Positions 8,751 to 17,598 of a stretch of DNA of 33,679 nt are shown here, piece after piece. The position numbers and the translations under genes were made by a program. Where the stretch lies: assembly GCA_021732965.1 (NCBI GenBank), contig JAKFVZ010000270.1, forward strand, positions 1 to 33,679, given 5' to 3'. Below the pieces are notes generated by a model. The model ran no database searches. It was given only the letters and a program-made list of their open reading frames with translations, and had not been told where the DNA came from. Each line of letters opens with the position of its first letter. Positions within the stretch are counted from its first letter, which is position 1. The DNA comes from Reyranella sp. Lineage in GTDB: Bacteria > Pseudomonadota > Alphaproteobacteria > Reyranellales > Reyranellaceae.

Positions 8751-8775
8751 AACGCAACCATCGCGGGCCGGTTCC
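8751..8775 (-). promoter_or_regulatory. sigma-EcfG (general stress response) type promoter
   Basis: Minus strand GGAAC-N16-CGTT, ending 27 nt upstream of the DUF4142 ATG and followed by an AGGAG RBS. Matches the alphaproteobacterial EcfG/SigT consensus. Confidence 0.7.
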
Positions 8776-8817
8776 CGCGGGTTCCAGTGGCGCGACAGAC
8801 CTGCTAGGAGCGCGGGC

Positions 8818-9384
8818 ATGATTTCGTCCAAGCGGGCCAAGTTCGAAGGCCTCGCCTACTTCCTGGCTTTCGTCGCCTGCATCCCGCTCGCCAACTGGAT
8901 GATCGGGCATGTCGGCACCGTCTGCGTGCCGCAGGGCCCGTGCCTGGTGCCGGTCTGGCCGTGGGGCCCCGGGGCCAAGCCGCTGATGGCGCCGTCGGGC
9001 GTGCTGATGATCGGCCTGGCGCTGGTCCTTCGTGATCTCGTGCAGCGGCGCCTGGGTCGCGGCGTCACCCTGGGGGCCATCGTGGCCGGCGCGGCCCTGT
9101 CGGGCGCCGTCGCGCCGCCGCAGCTCCTCATCGCCTCGACCGTCGCCTTCCTGCTCTCGGAACTCGCCGACTTCGCCGTCTACACGCCGCTGCAGTCGCG
9201 CGGCCTGGTGCTCGCCGTCCTCGCCAGCAGCGTCGTGGGCCTCGTGGCGGACAGCGTCCTGTTCCTGTGGCTGGCCTTCGGCAGCCTCGACTATGTGGCC
9301 GGCCAGATCATGGGCAAGCTCTGGATGGTCCTGCTGGCTCTGCCCCTCATTCACTGGATCCGCAAACGCGAGCTGTCGACATGA
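8818..9384 (+). CDS. VUT/YhhQ-family queuosine precursor transporter
   Basis: Hydrophobic 188 aa protein with LAN, LVLRDLVQ..LG, ASTVAFLLSELADFAVY and DSVLF...AFG...GQIMGK patterns; near queC. Confidence 0.82.
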   Translation: MISSKRAKFEGLAYFLAFVACIPLANWMIGHVGTVCVPQGPCLVPVWPWGPGAKPLMAPSGVLMIGLALVLRDLVQRRLGRGVTLGAIVAGAALSGAVAPPQLLIASTVAFLLSELADFAVYTPLQSRGLVLAVLASSVVGLVADSVLFLWLAFGSLDYVAGQIMGKLWMVLLALPLIHWIRKRELST

Positions 9385-9827
9385 GCCTTTCCCTTCTCCC
9401 CGTGGACGACACTGTGTCCGTGTCGGGCCAACTCACACCGGGCGACATGAAGGAGATCGCCGGCGCGGGCTTCACCGCCGTGGTGAACAACCGGCCCGAC
9501 GGCGAGGCCTTCTTCGGCCAGCCCAGGACCGCCGACCTGCGGGCTGCCGCCGAGGCAGCCGGACTACAATTCCTCGACCTGCCCTTCTCCGGCCCGCGCG
9601 CCACGCCCGACCAGGTCCGCGCCCTCGCCGACCTGCTGGCGGCCGGCGACGCCCGGGTCGTCGCCTTCTGCAAGAGCGGCATGCGCTCGGCGCTGCTTTG
9701 GGGCGCTGCGTCGCTGACCAATGGCCGCTCCCTCGAAGAGGTGCTTCAGGGCGCCCGCAAGGCCGGGCAGGAATTGAGCGGCGTGGCCGAACTGATGACC
9801 GGTCTCGCGCAGGCGGCGCGAAGCTGA
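9381..9827 (+). CDS. TIGR01244/DUF442-family sulfurtransferase/phosphatase-like protein
   Basis: VSGQL, VVNNRPDGE and active-site loop AFCKSGMRS. ATG 9381 overlaps the VUT stop (ATGA). Confidence 0.85.
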   Translation: MSLSLLPVDDTVSVSGQLTPGDMKEIAGAGFTAVVNNRPDGEAFFGQPRTADLRAAAEAAGLQFLDLPFSGPRATPDQVRALADLLAAGDARVVAFCKSGMRSALLWGAASLTNGRSLEEVLQGARKAGQELSGVAELMTGLAQAARS

Positions 9828-9946
9828 CATGCGCCGTTGAGATATGGCGGCGGCCAAAGCCGCCGGCCGAAAGACTTGGCTTGCACCGGACGCGCTGCCG
9901 CTTCTTAATCGCGCGTCCTGAAGAGATCCGTTGGGGGAATGTTCAC

Positions 9947-10777
9947 ATGATGAAGTCGATTCTGGCCGTGTCCGAGGGCGGTCCCGATGCCGCGATGTCG
10001 TTCCGGCTGGCCGCCCGGGTCGCCTCGATCTTCGACGCCAGCGTGGACGCGCTGCACCTCCCGGTCGGCCCGGCCGGCGGCGCCGTCGGCGGTCTCGCCA
10101 TGAGCGGCGAGGCGATGCCGCTGATCATGAATCTCGACGACGACCGGCTCGAGGAGCGCAGCAAGGCGTCCGAGAGCGCGTACAAGGAAGTCCTCGGAGG
10201 CCTGACGGGTTCGACCTACACCGCCGCCGAGACCGCGACGCTCGACACGCTGGTCGCGATGGGCCGCTGTTCGGACCTGCTGGTGCTGGGCCGTCCAGGC
10301 TCGGATCCCGAGAACGTCGCGCCCGCCACCGTCGAGGCCGCCATCCATGAATGCGCCCGCGCCGTCATGATCGCGCCGCCGAACGCCGGCAGCGGCGGCT
10401 TCGGCTCGATCGTCGTGGCATGGAACGGCAGCTTCCAGGCCGCCCGCGCCGTAGAATACTCCCTGCCGTTCCTCGCGAAGGCCAACAGCGTGACGCTGCT
10501 GGTCGTCGGCTCGAAGGCCGACGATGTCGGCGCCTCGTACCTCGCGCGCAACCTCGGCCGCCACGGCATCAAGACCGTCATCGACGCGATCGATCCCGGC
10601 GCTGTGTCGGGCCGTGCACGCGGCCGCGCCCTGCTCGACTACACGCACGGCAAGGGCGCCGACCTGCTGGTGATGGGCGCCTACGGCCGCGGCCAGGTGC
10701 TGAGCTTCCTCGGCCTCGGCGGCGCGACCGGCAAGGTCATCTCGTCCTGCCGCGTGCCGCTATTGATGGCGCATTAG
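9947..10777 (+). CDS. Universal stress protein (tandem USP domains)
   Basis: MKSILAV, SDLLVLGRP, VVAWNGSFQAARAV and ADLLVMGAYG motifs; GGGGG RBS. Confidence 0.9.
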   Translation: MMKSILAVSEGGPDAAMSFRLAARVASIFDASVDALHLPVGPAGGAVGGLAMSGEAMPLIMNLDDDRLEERSKASESAYKEVLGGLTGSTYTAAETATLDTLVAMGRCSDLLVLGRPGSDPENVAPATVEAAIHECARAVMIAPPNAGSGGFGSIVVAWNGSFQAARAVEYSLPFLAKANSVTLLVVGSKADDVGASYLARNLGRHGIKTVIDAIDPGAVSGRARGRALLDYTHGKGADLLVMGAYGRGQVLSFLGLGGATGKVISSCRVPLLMAH

Positions 10778-10795
10778 GCCGAGCAAAGCTCGGCC
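10777..10795. terminator. Hairpin between convergent genes (possible bidirectional terminator)
   Basis: Perfect GGCCGAGC-AAA-GCTCGGCC between the USP and TPR-Kazal stop codons; no U-tract. Confidence 0.4.
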
Positions 10796-10809
10796 GGAGG
10801 CGGAAATCC

Positions 10810-12276
10810 CTACGGGCAGGCGCCAGCGCCCTGGGTGACGACCTGCGGGTCGGTGCACGCGGTGCAGGCGTTGCTGTAGGTCTTGCGCGAGCCGTCGCGC
10901 AGCTGGCCGCAAGCGGGACGATAATCCTTGGTGCACATCTTCGGCCGCGGGTCGGCGCACTGTCCGCCGGCCACCGGCATCGATTCCGGCGCGAGTTCGG
11001 CGCGGACGAAGCGGAACATGAACGGCTGGGTGCGGTAGTCGCTCAACGTGCCGAACATCGCGATCTTCGTGCCCACCGACGGCGGCGGGTTCAGCGGACG
11101 CGACGTCGTGACCTCGATGTCGACGAGATTGCCGGCCTGTGCCTCGTCGGTGATCGCGCCCTCGATGCGCTCGGGCGTGACCGAGATCACCTTGAACATG
11201 AGCTTGAGCCGCGAGGCGGCCTGCCTCTCGCCGATCGCCTTCCACACCGCCTCGGCCGCGCGCTTGTTGGCCGGGCTGACATCGCGGTGGCGCAGCACCA
11301 GGACCCATTGCGCCGGGGTGAGCTTGTTCGCCTCGTTATCCTCCAGCACCTGCAACGCCTGTTCCGGCGGGGTCATGGCGCGCGGGATCGATCGCTTGAA
11401 GTTGGCCGGCGGCGCGGTCTCGTTGGCCACGCGCGTCACGATCGCGTCCCATCCCTCCTCGCTGCCGCGATAGACGCGATAGCGCGAGCGGACATAGCGG
11501 TCGATGTCCTGCGCGGCCGAATCGTTCTTCGCCGCCTTTGCGATGGCGATCGCGCGGGCGCCGTACCAGAAGCCCAGCGCATCGACCGGCGAGCCTTCGA
11601 GCTGCACGACGGCGTACTGATAGACATCCTGAAGATTGGTCGGGTCGGCCGCGACCGCCTCGCGATAGAACACGCGCGCCCTGTCGTAGTCCTTCTCCTG
11701 CAACGCCGCGAAGCCCAGCACGCCGTTGAAGATGCCGGCGAGTTGCTCCTTCACCTTCGCGAAGCCCTCGTCGTCGAGCAGCGCCGGCTTCTGCCACTTG
11801 GGCATCACCGCGAGGCCGCGCTGCGAGGCCGTCACCGCGCCGGCGAGCGCCGCGACCTCGCCTCCGGAGGCCTTGAGGCGTCCCACATAAGCCCGGTTGG
11901 CGAGCGCGCGGACATTGTCGGGATCGACCTGCAACAGGCGGGCGACCAGCACGTCGGCCTTGGCCGGCTGGTTGGCGGCCTGCCACGCGGAGATCGCCTG
12001 CTCATGCGCCTCGAAGCGGAGGATGCTGCCGGGATACCACGCGATGAACACTTCCATCGCCTGCGCCTTGCGCGCCGGATCCCGGGTATTCAGCGCCGCC
12101 ATGTAGCTGTCGTACTCGGCGGGATTGGCAAAGCTGCTGCGCTGCGCCGAGCCCGGCGTCTGCGCTGGTGCTGGAGCCTGGACCGGAGCTTGGGCCGGAG
12201 CCTGCGCGGAAACGTGCAATGGCGCGACGGCGCACACCGCCGCGAAAACGAGAGCCAACCATCGCAACGCCTGCAT
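10810..12276 (-). CDS. Secreted TPR-like protein with C-terminal Kazal-type domain (488 aa)
   Basis: ATG 12276 after GAGGAG; signal peptide MQALRWLALVFAAVCAVAPLHVSA; QAPA linker; TPR-like LLQVDPDNVRALA and KDYDRARVFYREAVAADPTN; six-Cys tail with CTKDYRPACG...TYSNAC. Confidence 0.8.
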   Translation of the reverse strand: MQALRWLALVFAAVCAVAPLHVSAQAPAQAPVQAPAPAQTPGSAQRSSFANPAEYDSYMAALNTRDPARKAQAMEVFIAWYPGSILRFEAHEQAISAWQAANQPAKADVLVARLLQVDPDNVRALANRAYVGRLKASGGEVAALAGAVTASQRGLAVMPKWQKPALLDDEGFAKVKEQLAGIFNGVLGFAALQEKDYDRARVFYREAVAADPTNLQDVYQYAVVQLEGSPVDALGFWYGARAIAIAKAAKNDSAAQDIDRYVRSRYRVYRGSEEGWDAIVTRVANETAPPANFKRSIPRAMTPPEQALQVLEDNEANKLTPAQWVLVLRHRDVSPANKRAAEAVWKAIGERQAASRLKLMFKVISVTPERIEGAITDEAQAGNLVDIEVTTSRPLNPPPSVGTKIAMFGTLSDYRTQPFMFRFVRAELAPESMPVAGGQCADPRPKMCTKDYRPACGQLRDGSRKTYSNACTACTDPQVVTQGAGACP

Positions 12277-12394
12277 CCCCGACTCCTCTCCGATCACACG
12301 CTGTCTTGCAAGGCCCAATCGGCCTGAATTGCCGTGACCATCCGGGGGAATTGAGGCACTCTTCGGGTGCGAGATTTGAGCGGGGAAATTGACG

Positions 12395-13525
12395 ATGAAG
12401 AACCGGCGTTCGACGGCATCGATGCTCGTCGCTGCGGCGCTTTGCGCTGTCTGCAGCACGGCGCCCGCACGCGCCCAGCAGGGCGGTCCGCCGCCGGCCG
12501 TCCTCGTCCAGCCCGCCGAGATGAAGCCGATCGCCGACCAGGCCGAATTCATCGGCCGCGCCGCTGCGGTCGACAAGGTCGAGCTCCGCGCCCGCGTGAA
12601 GGGCTTCCTCGGCCCGCGCAAGTTCGCCGACGGCGATCAGGTCAAGAAGGACCAGGTCGTCTTCACCATCGAGCCCGAGACCTACCAGGCGGCGGTCGAC
12701 CAGAAGAAGGCCCAGCGGGATGCCGCACTGGCCGCGCTGGCCAACGCAGAGACCCAGTTGAAGCGCGCCGCCGAGCTGCTGCGCACCAACACCGGCACCC
12801 AGGTCACCTACGACCAGCGGCTCTCCGAGCAATTGCAGGCCAAGGCGCAGGTCGAGGACGCCAGCGCCCAGCTCCGCGACGCCGAGCTGCAGCTCTCCTA
12901 TACCGAGATCAAGTCGCCGATCGACGGCCGGATCGGCCGCGCCGCCTTCTCGCCGGGCAACCTCGTCAGCCCCGATTCGGGCGTGCTGGCCACCGTCGTC
13001 AGCGAAAACCCGATCCGCGTGCTCTTCCCCGTGACCCAGCGCGAGCTGCTCGACGCCCGCCGCGAGCAGGCCGCCGACCCGAACAGCATCGTCGTGCGCA
13101 TCCGGCTGGCCGACGGCTCGATCTACAAGGAAAAGGGCAAGATCGACTTCATCGACAACACGGTCGACGCCAAGACCGACGGCCAGATCGTGCGCGCCAC
13201 CTTCCCCAACACGGACGGCACGCTGACCGACGGCCAGACCCTGCGCGTCATCATCGAGGGCGAGCAGGTCCCGACGTCGGTCGCCGTCCCGCAGGCCGCC
13301 ATCGCCCAGGACCAGACCGGCGCCTACCTGTTCGTCGTCAACGACAAGAACGTGGTCGAGCAGAAGCGCGTCCGGACCGGCGTCTCGCGCGACGGCATGG
13401 TCGCCATCACCTCAGGCCTCCAGGCCGGCGAGAGGGTCATCGTCCAGGGCCAGCAGCGCGTGCGGCCGGGCATGACGGTCAATCCCACCGTGGCGCCGCC
13501 CGCAGCCTCGACGCAGAAGCAGTAA
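12395..13525 (+). CDS. RND efflux periplasmic adaptor (membrane fusion protein)
   Basis: VELRARVKGFL, LSYTEIKSPIDGRIG, GKIDFIDNTVD and SGLQAGERVIVQG motifs; signal peptide. Confidence 0.93.
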   Translation: MKNRRSTASMLVAAALCAVCSTAPARAQQGGPPPAVLVQPAEMKPIADQAEFIGRAAAVDKVELRARVKGFLGPRKFADGDQVKKDQVVFTIEPETYQAAVDQKKAQRDAALAALANAETQLKRAAELLRTNTGTQVTYDQRLSEQLQAKAQVEDASAQLRDAELQLSYTEIKSPIDGRIGRAAFSPGNLVSPDSGVLATVVSENPIRVLFPVTQRELLDARREQAADPNSIVVRIRLADGSIYKEKGKIDFIDNTVDAKTDGQIVRATFPNTDGTLTDGQTLRVIIEGEQVPTSVAVPQAAIAQDQTGAYLFVVNDKNVVEQKRVRTGVSRDGMVAITSGLQAGERVIVQGQQRVRPGMTVNPTVAPPAASTQKQ

Positions 13526-13528
13526 ATC

Positions 13529-16500
13529 ATGACGATCTCGTCGCTGTTCATCCGCCGGCCGCGGCTGGCGTTCGTCATCTCCACGGTCATCACCATCGCC
13601 GGCCTCATCGCCATGACGGCGCTGCCGGTGGCGCAGTTCCCCGACATCGTGCCGCCGCAGGTCCGCGTCACCGCGACCTATCCCGGCGCCTCGGCCCAGG
13701 CGGTCGAGGAAAGCGTGGCGCAGGTCATCGAGGCGCAGGTCAATGGCGTCGAACGCATGATCTACATGAAGTCGACGTCGGGCGGCGACGGCAGCTACGC
13801 GCTCAGCGTCAGCTTCGAGGTCGGTTCCGACCCCGACCTCAACACCGTCAACGTCAACAACCGGGTCAACCAGGCAATCGCGCTCCTGCCGCCCGAGGTT
13901 CAGCGGCTCGGCGTCACCACCAAGAAGCAGTCCTCGGCGCTGCTGCAGGTGGTGGCCGTCTATTCGCCCAACGGTTCGCGCGACGCGCTGTTCCTGTCGA
14001 ACTTCGCGACCATCACCCTGCTCGATACGCTGCGGCGCGTGCCGGGCGTCGGCGAGGCCACGCTGTTCGGCGCGCTCGACTACTCGATGCGCATCTGGCT
14101 GAACCTCGAGCGCATGGCGAGCCTCGACATCACCCCCAACGAGGTGGTGCAGGCGGTACAGGCCCAGAACGTGCAGGCCGCCGTCGGCCTGGTGGGCGCC
14201 GCGCCATTGCTCGACGATGTCAGCTTCCAGCTCAACATCACGACGCAGGGCCGCCTCGTGACGGTCGAGGAATTCGAGAACATCGTGGTGCGCGCCAAGT
14301 CGGACGGCGCGCTGGTTCGGGTCAAGGACATCGCCCGTGTCGAGCTGGGCTCCAAGACCAGCGACCAGCTCGGCCGCTACAATGGCCAGGCCGCGGCCGG
14401 CATCCAGATCTACCAGCTCCCCGGCGCCAATGCGCTCGCCACCGCCCAGGGCGTGCGCGACGCGATCAAGGCGCTGGAGCCGCGCTTCCCCGAGGATGTC
14501 GCCTACAACGTCATGTACGACACCACCGTGTTCGTGCAGGCCACGATCAAGAGCGTGATCACCACGCTGATCGAGGCCTTCGTCCTCGTCGCGATCGTCG
14601 TCTTCATCTTCCTCGGCAACCTGCGCGCCACCCTGATTCCCATCATCGCCGTGCCGGTCGCGCTGATCGGCACCTTCGCCGTCATGCTGGCGCTGGGCTA
14701 CTCGGCCAACACCATCTCGCTGCTGGCGCTGGTGCTTGCCATCGGCATCGTGGTCGACGACGCCATCGTCGTGGTCGAGGCGGTCGAACACATCCTGGAA
14801 CACGAGCCCGAGCTCACGGTCCCGCAGGCGACCGAGAAGGCCATGGGCCAGGTCACCGGACCGATCATCGCCATCACGCTGGTGCTGCTGTCGGTATTCA
14901 TCCCGACCGCCTTCATCCCCGGCATCTCCGGCCAGCTCTACGCGCAGTTCGCCGTGGCCGTGTCGGTCTCGATGATCATCTCCGCGATCAACGCGCTCAC
15001 GCTGTCGCCGGCGCTCTGCTCGCTGATCCTGAAGCATCGCAAGAAGCCGACCGGCGTCATGGGCTGGATGCAAAGCCGCATCGACAAGACACGCGACGGC
15101 TACACCAAGGTCGTGACGCCGATGGCGCGGCGCGGGATCGTGGCGCTCCTGCTGGTCGTGGGCTTCGCCGCCGCGACCGGCGGCATCGGCTCCATGGTGC
15201 CCTCGGGCTTCCTGCCCGACGAGGACCAGGGCGCCTTCATGGCCGAGGTGCAGCTCCCCGACGCGGCGTCGACCAACCGTACCCTGGCAGCCGTCGAGGA
15301 GGTCGAGAAGACCATCGCGAACCGGCCTTGGAAGCAGAGCGTCTTCACCGTCTCGGGCTACAGCCTGATCGACGGCCTGGCGCTGCCCAACCGGGCACTG
15401 GTCGTGGTCGAGCTGAAGCCGTTCGACCAGAGGAAAGACCCTTCGCTCTCGGTGTTCAGTGCACTGAAGGAGCTGAACGCCGCGTTCAGCCAGATCGCGT
15501 CCGCCAACGTCTTTGCCTTCAACCTGCCGCCCATCATGGGGCTGGGCAATTCGTCGGGCTTCGAGTTCGTGGTTCAGTCGCTCGCCGGCGCCGCGCCGGC
15601 CGACCTCGCCGCCGTAGCGCGCGGCGTGATGATCTCGGCGCAGGAAGTGCCGGAGCTTGCCGGGGTCTACACCACCTACAGTGCCTCGACGCCGCAGATC
15701 AATCTCAAGCTCGACCGCGAGCGCGCCCAGGCACTGGGCATCTCGATCGCCGACATCTTCTCCGCCATGCAGACCGCGCTTGGCGGCGCCTACACCAACG
15801 ACTTCAACCTGTTCGGCCGGACCTGGCAGGTGAAGGTGCAGGCCGAGGCTTCCGACCGCAGCAAGGTGAACGACGTGTTCCGCGTACGCGTGCGCTCGTC
15901 GAGCGGCGAACTCGTGCCGCTGCAGGCGGTGGCGAACATCGAGATGGTCACCGCGCCCTCCTCGGTCGTCCGCTACAACAACCTGCGCTCCGTGGTGGTG
16001 AACGGGGCACCGGCGCCGGGCTACTCCTCTGGCGACGCCATCGCCGCCATGGAAAAGCTCGCGACCCGCACCCTGCCCGCCGGCTACGGCTTCGAGTGGA
16101 CGGGCACGGCGCTCCAGGAGAAGGCGGCCAGCGGCCAGACCGGCTTCATCCTGGGCCTCGCCGTCGTCTTCGCCTACCTGTTCCTGGTCGGCCTCTACGA
16201 GAGCACGGCGATCCCGGTGGCCGCCCTTCTGTCGGTCATCGTCGGCCTGTTCGGCGCGGTGACGGCGCTGTTCGTCTCCGGCCTCGACAACAACATCTTC
16301 GCCCAGATCGGCATCGTCGTGCTGATCGCGCTGGCGGCCAAGAACGCCATCCTGATCATTGAGTTCGCGATGGCCGAACGCGACAAGGGAGCCGACATCG
16401 TGACCGCGGCCACGACGGCGGCCAACCTGCGGTTCCGGGCGGTCATGATGACGTCGTTCGCCTTCATCCTGGGCCTGGTGCCGCTGGTCATCTCCTCCGG

Positions 16501-16657
16501 CGCCGGCGCGGCCACCCAGCGCGCCGTCGGCACCGCGGTGTTCGGCGGCATGATCGCGGCGTCGTTCCTCGGCATCTTCGTGATCCCGGGCCTCTATGTC
16601 GCCTTCCAGCGCTTCCGCGAAACGGTGAAGGGCTGGATGGGCGGGAAGAAAGCCTGA
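13529..16657 (+). CDS. RND efflux permease, HAE1/AcrB family
   Basis: 1042 aa; FIRRPR, PVAQFPDIVPP, and proton-relay motifs GIVVDDAIVVVE, AAKNAILI and RFRAVMMTS. Confidence 0.96.
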   Translation: MTISSLFIRRPRLAFVISTVITIAGLIAMTALPVAQFPDIVPPQVRVTATYPGASAQAVEESVAQVIEAQVNGVERMIYMKSTSGGDGSYALSVSFEVGSDPDLNTVNVNNRVNQAIALLPPEVQRLGVTTKKQSSALLQVVAVYSPNGSRDALFLSNFATITLLDTLRRVPGVGEATLFGALDYSMRIWLNLERMASLDITPNEVVQAVQAQNVQAAVGLVGAAPLLDDVSFQLNITTQGRLVTVEEFENIVVRAKSDGALVRVKDIARVELGSKTSDQLGRYNGQAAAGIQIYQLPGANALATAQGVRDAIKALEPRFPEDVAYNVMYDTTVFVQATIKSVITTLIEAFVLVAIVVFIFLGNLRATLIPIIAVPVALIGTFAVMLALGYSANTISLLALVLAIGIVVDDAIVVVEAVEHILEHEPELTVPQATEKAMGQVTGPIIAITLVLLSVFIPTAFIPGISGQLYAQFAVAVSVSMIISAINALTLSPALCSLILKHRKKPTGVMGWMQSRIDKTRDGYTKVVTPMARRGIVALLLVVGFAAATGGIGSMVPSGFLPDEDQGAFMAEVQLPDAASTNRTLAAVEEVEKTIANRPWKQSVFTVSGYSLIDGLALPNRALVVVELKPFDQRKDPSLSVFSALKELNAAFSQIASANVFAFNLPPIMGLGNSSGFEFVVQSLAGAAPADLAAVARGVMISAQEVPELAGVYTTYSASTPQINLKLDRERAQALGISIADIFSAMQTALGGAYTNDFNLFGRTWQVKVQAEASDRSKVNDVFRVRVRSSSGELVPLQAVANIEMVTAPSSVVRYNNLRSVVVNGAPAPGYSSGDAIAAMEKLATRTLPAGYGFEWTGTALQEKAASGQTGFILGLAVVFAYLFLVGLYESTAIPVAALLSVIVGLFGAVTALFVSGLDNNIFAQIGIVVLIALAAKNAILIIEFAMAERDKGADIVTAATTAANLRFRAVMMTSFAFILGLVPLVISSGAGAATQRAVGTAVFGGMIAASFLGIFVIPGLYVAFQRFRETVKGWMGGKKA

Positions 16658-16685
16658 GAAATAGGTAGCGTAGCGGGAGGATCCG

Positions 16686-17429
16686 ATGGACTTGCGCATC
16701 AAGGGCCGCAAGGCGATCGTCTGCGCCAGCAGCGACGGGCTCGGGCGCGCCTGTGCCGAGGCGCTGGGCCGCGCCGGCTGCGAGCTGGTGCTCAACGGCC
16801 GTCGACCCGACAAGCTCGAGGAGACGGCTGCCGCGCTGCGCAGCGCGACCGGCGCCAAAGTGACGGCGGTGGTTGCCGACGTCTCGACACCGGAGGGCCG
16901 CACGGCGCTGTTCGCGGCCTGTCCCGATCCCGACATCCTGGTGAACAATGCCGGCGGTCCGCCGAAGAAGGACTTCCGCGAGCTGACGCCGGAGGATTGG
17001 TCGCGCGCCATCGACGCCAACTTCCTGTCGGCCGTGCACACCATCACGCACTGCGTCGACGGCATGATGGCGCGCGGCTTCGGCCGCATCGTCAACATCA
17101 CGTCGATGACCAGCGTGCGCCCCTACATCAACCTCGACCTGTCGAACGCCACGCGCCTCGGCCTCACCGGCTTCGTGGCCGGCGTATCGCGCCAGGTCGC
17201 CGCGAAGGGCGTCACCATCAACAATTTGCTGCCGGGCGCCTTCGCCACCGAGCGCACCAACGCGCTGGGCAGCGACCGCGCCAAGGTCTCCGCCACCATC
17301 CCGGCCGGCCGCTTCGGCGACCCGTCGGAGTTCGGCGACACCTGCGCCTTCCTCTGCGGCGTGCCGGCGGCCTACATCACGGGACAGAACATCCTGATCG
17401 ACGGCGGCTTCTGCATGAATACTTTGTGA
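16686..17429 (+). CDS. Short-chain dehydrogenase/reductase
   Basis: MDLRIKGRKAIVCASSDGLG, DILVNNAGGPP, LSNATR and YITGQNILIDGG motifs; GGGAGG RBS. Confidence 0.9.
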   Translation: MDLRIKGRKAIVCASSDGLGRACAEALGRAGCELVLNGRRPDKLEETAAALRSATGAKVTAVVADVSTPEGRTALFAACPDPDILVNNAGGPPKKDFRELTPEDWSRAIDANFLSAVHTITHCVDGMMARGFGRIVNITSMTSVRPYINLDLSNATRLGLTGFVAGVSRQVAAKGVTINNLLPGAFATERTNALGSDRAKVSATIPAGRFGDPSEFGDTCAFLCGVPAAYITGQNILIDGGFCMNTL

Positions 17430-17449
17430 GCGTCGCGTCTGAATAACCA

Positions 17450-17560
17450 CCTCACCCTGAGGAGCGGTCCGCAGGACCGCGTCTCGAAGGGTGGGCACCC
17501 GCACCAAGTCTGTTGCCCATCCTTCGAGACGGTCGCTTTCGCGACCTCCTCAGGATGAGG
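17450..17560. repeat. REP-doublet-like palindromic element, copy 2
   Basis: Same outer and inner arms as copy 1; side hairpins GCGGTCC-GCA-GGACCGC and GGTCGC-TTTC-GCGACC; between convergent genes. Confidence 0.9.
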
Positions 17561-17598
17561 GTAGCGTGCGTGTGTTACTAAAGCGCGGTGACTCTGTT

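Noticed and set aside
9848-9909. Hairpin CGGCGGC-CAAA-GCCGCCG and a TTGCAC-N17-CTTAAT promoter candidate before the USP gene
   Set aside because: Short GC stem without a U-tract and a weak -10; not distinguishable from chance.
12154-12207. Short imperfect tandem repeat encoding AQAPAQAPVQAPAPAQTP
   Set aside because: An ordinary low-complexity linker after the signal peptide, not an independent element.
12367-17101. Very long alternative ORFs over the RND genes (1331 aa on +, 1229 aa on -)
   Set aside because: Arg/Pro/Gly-rich shadow frames expected from high-GC codon bias; no motifs; fully overlap well-supported genes.
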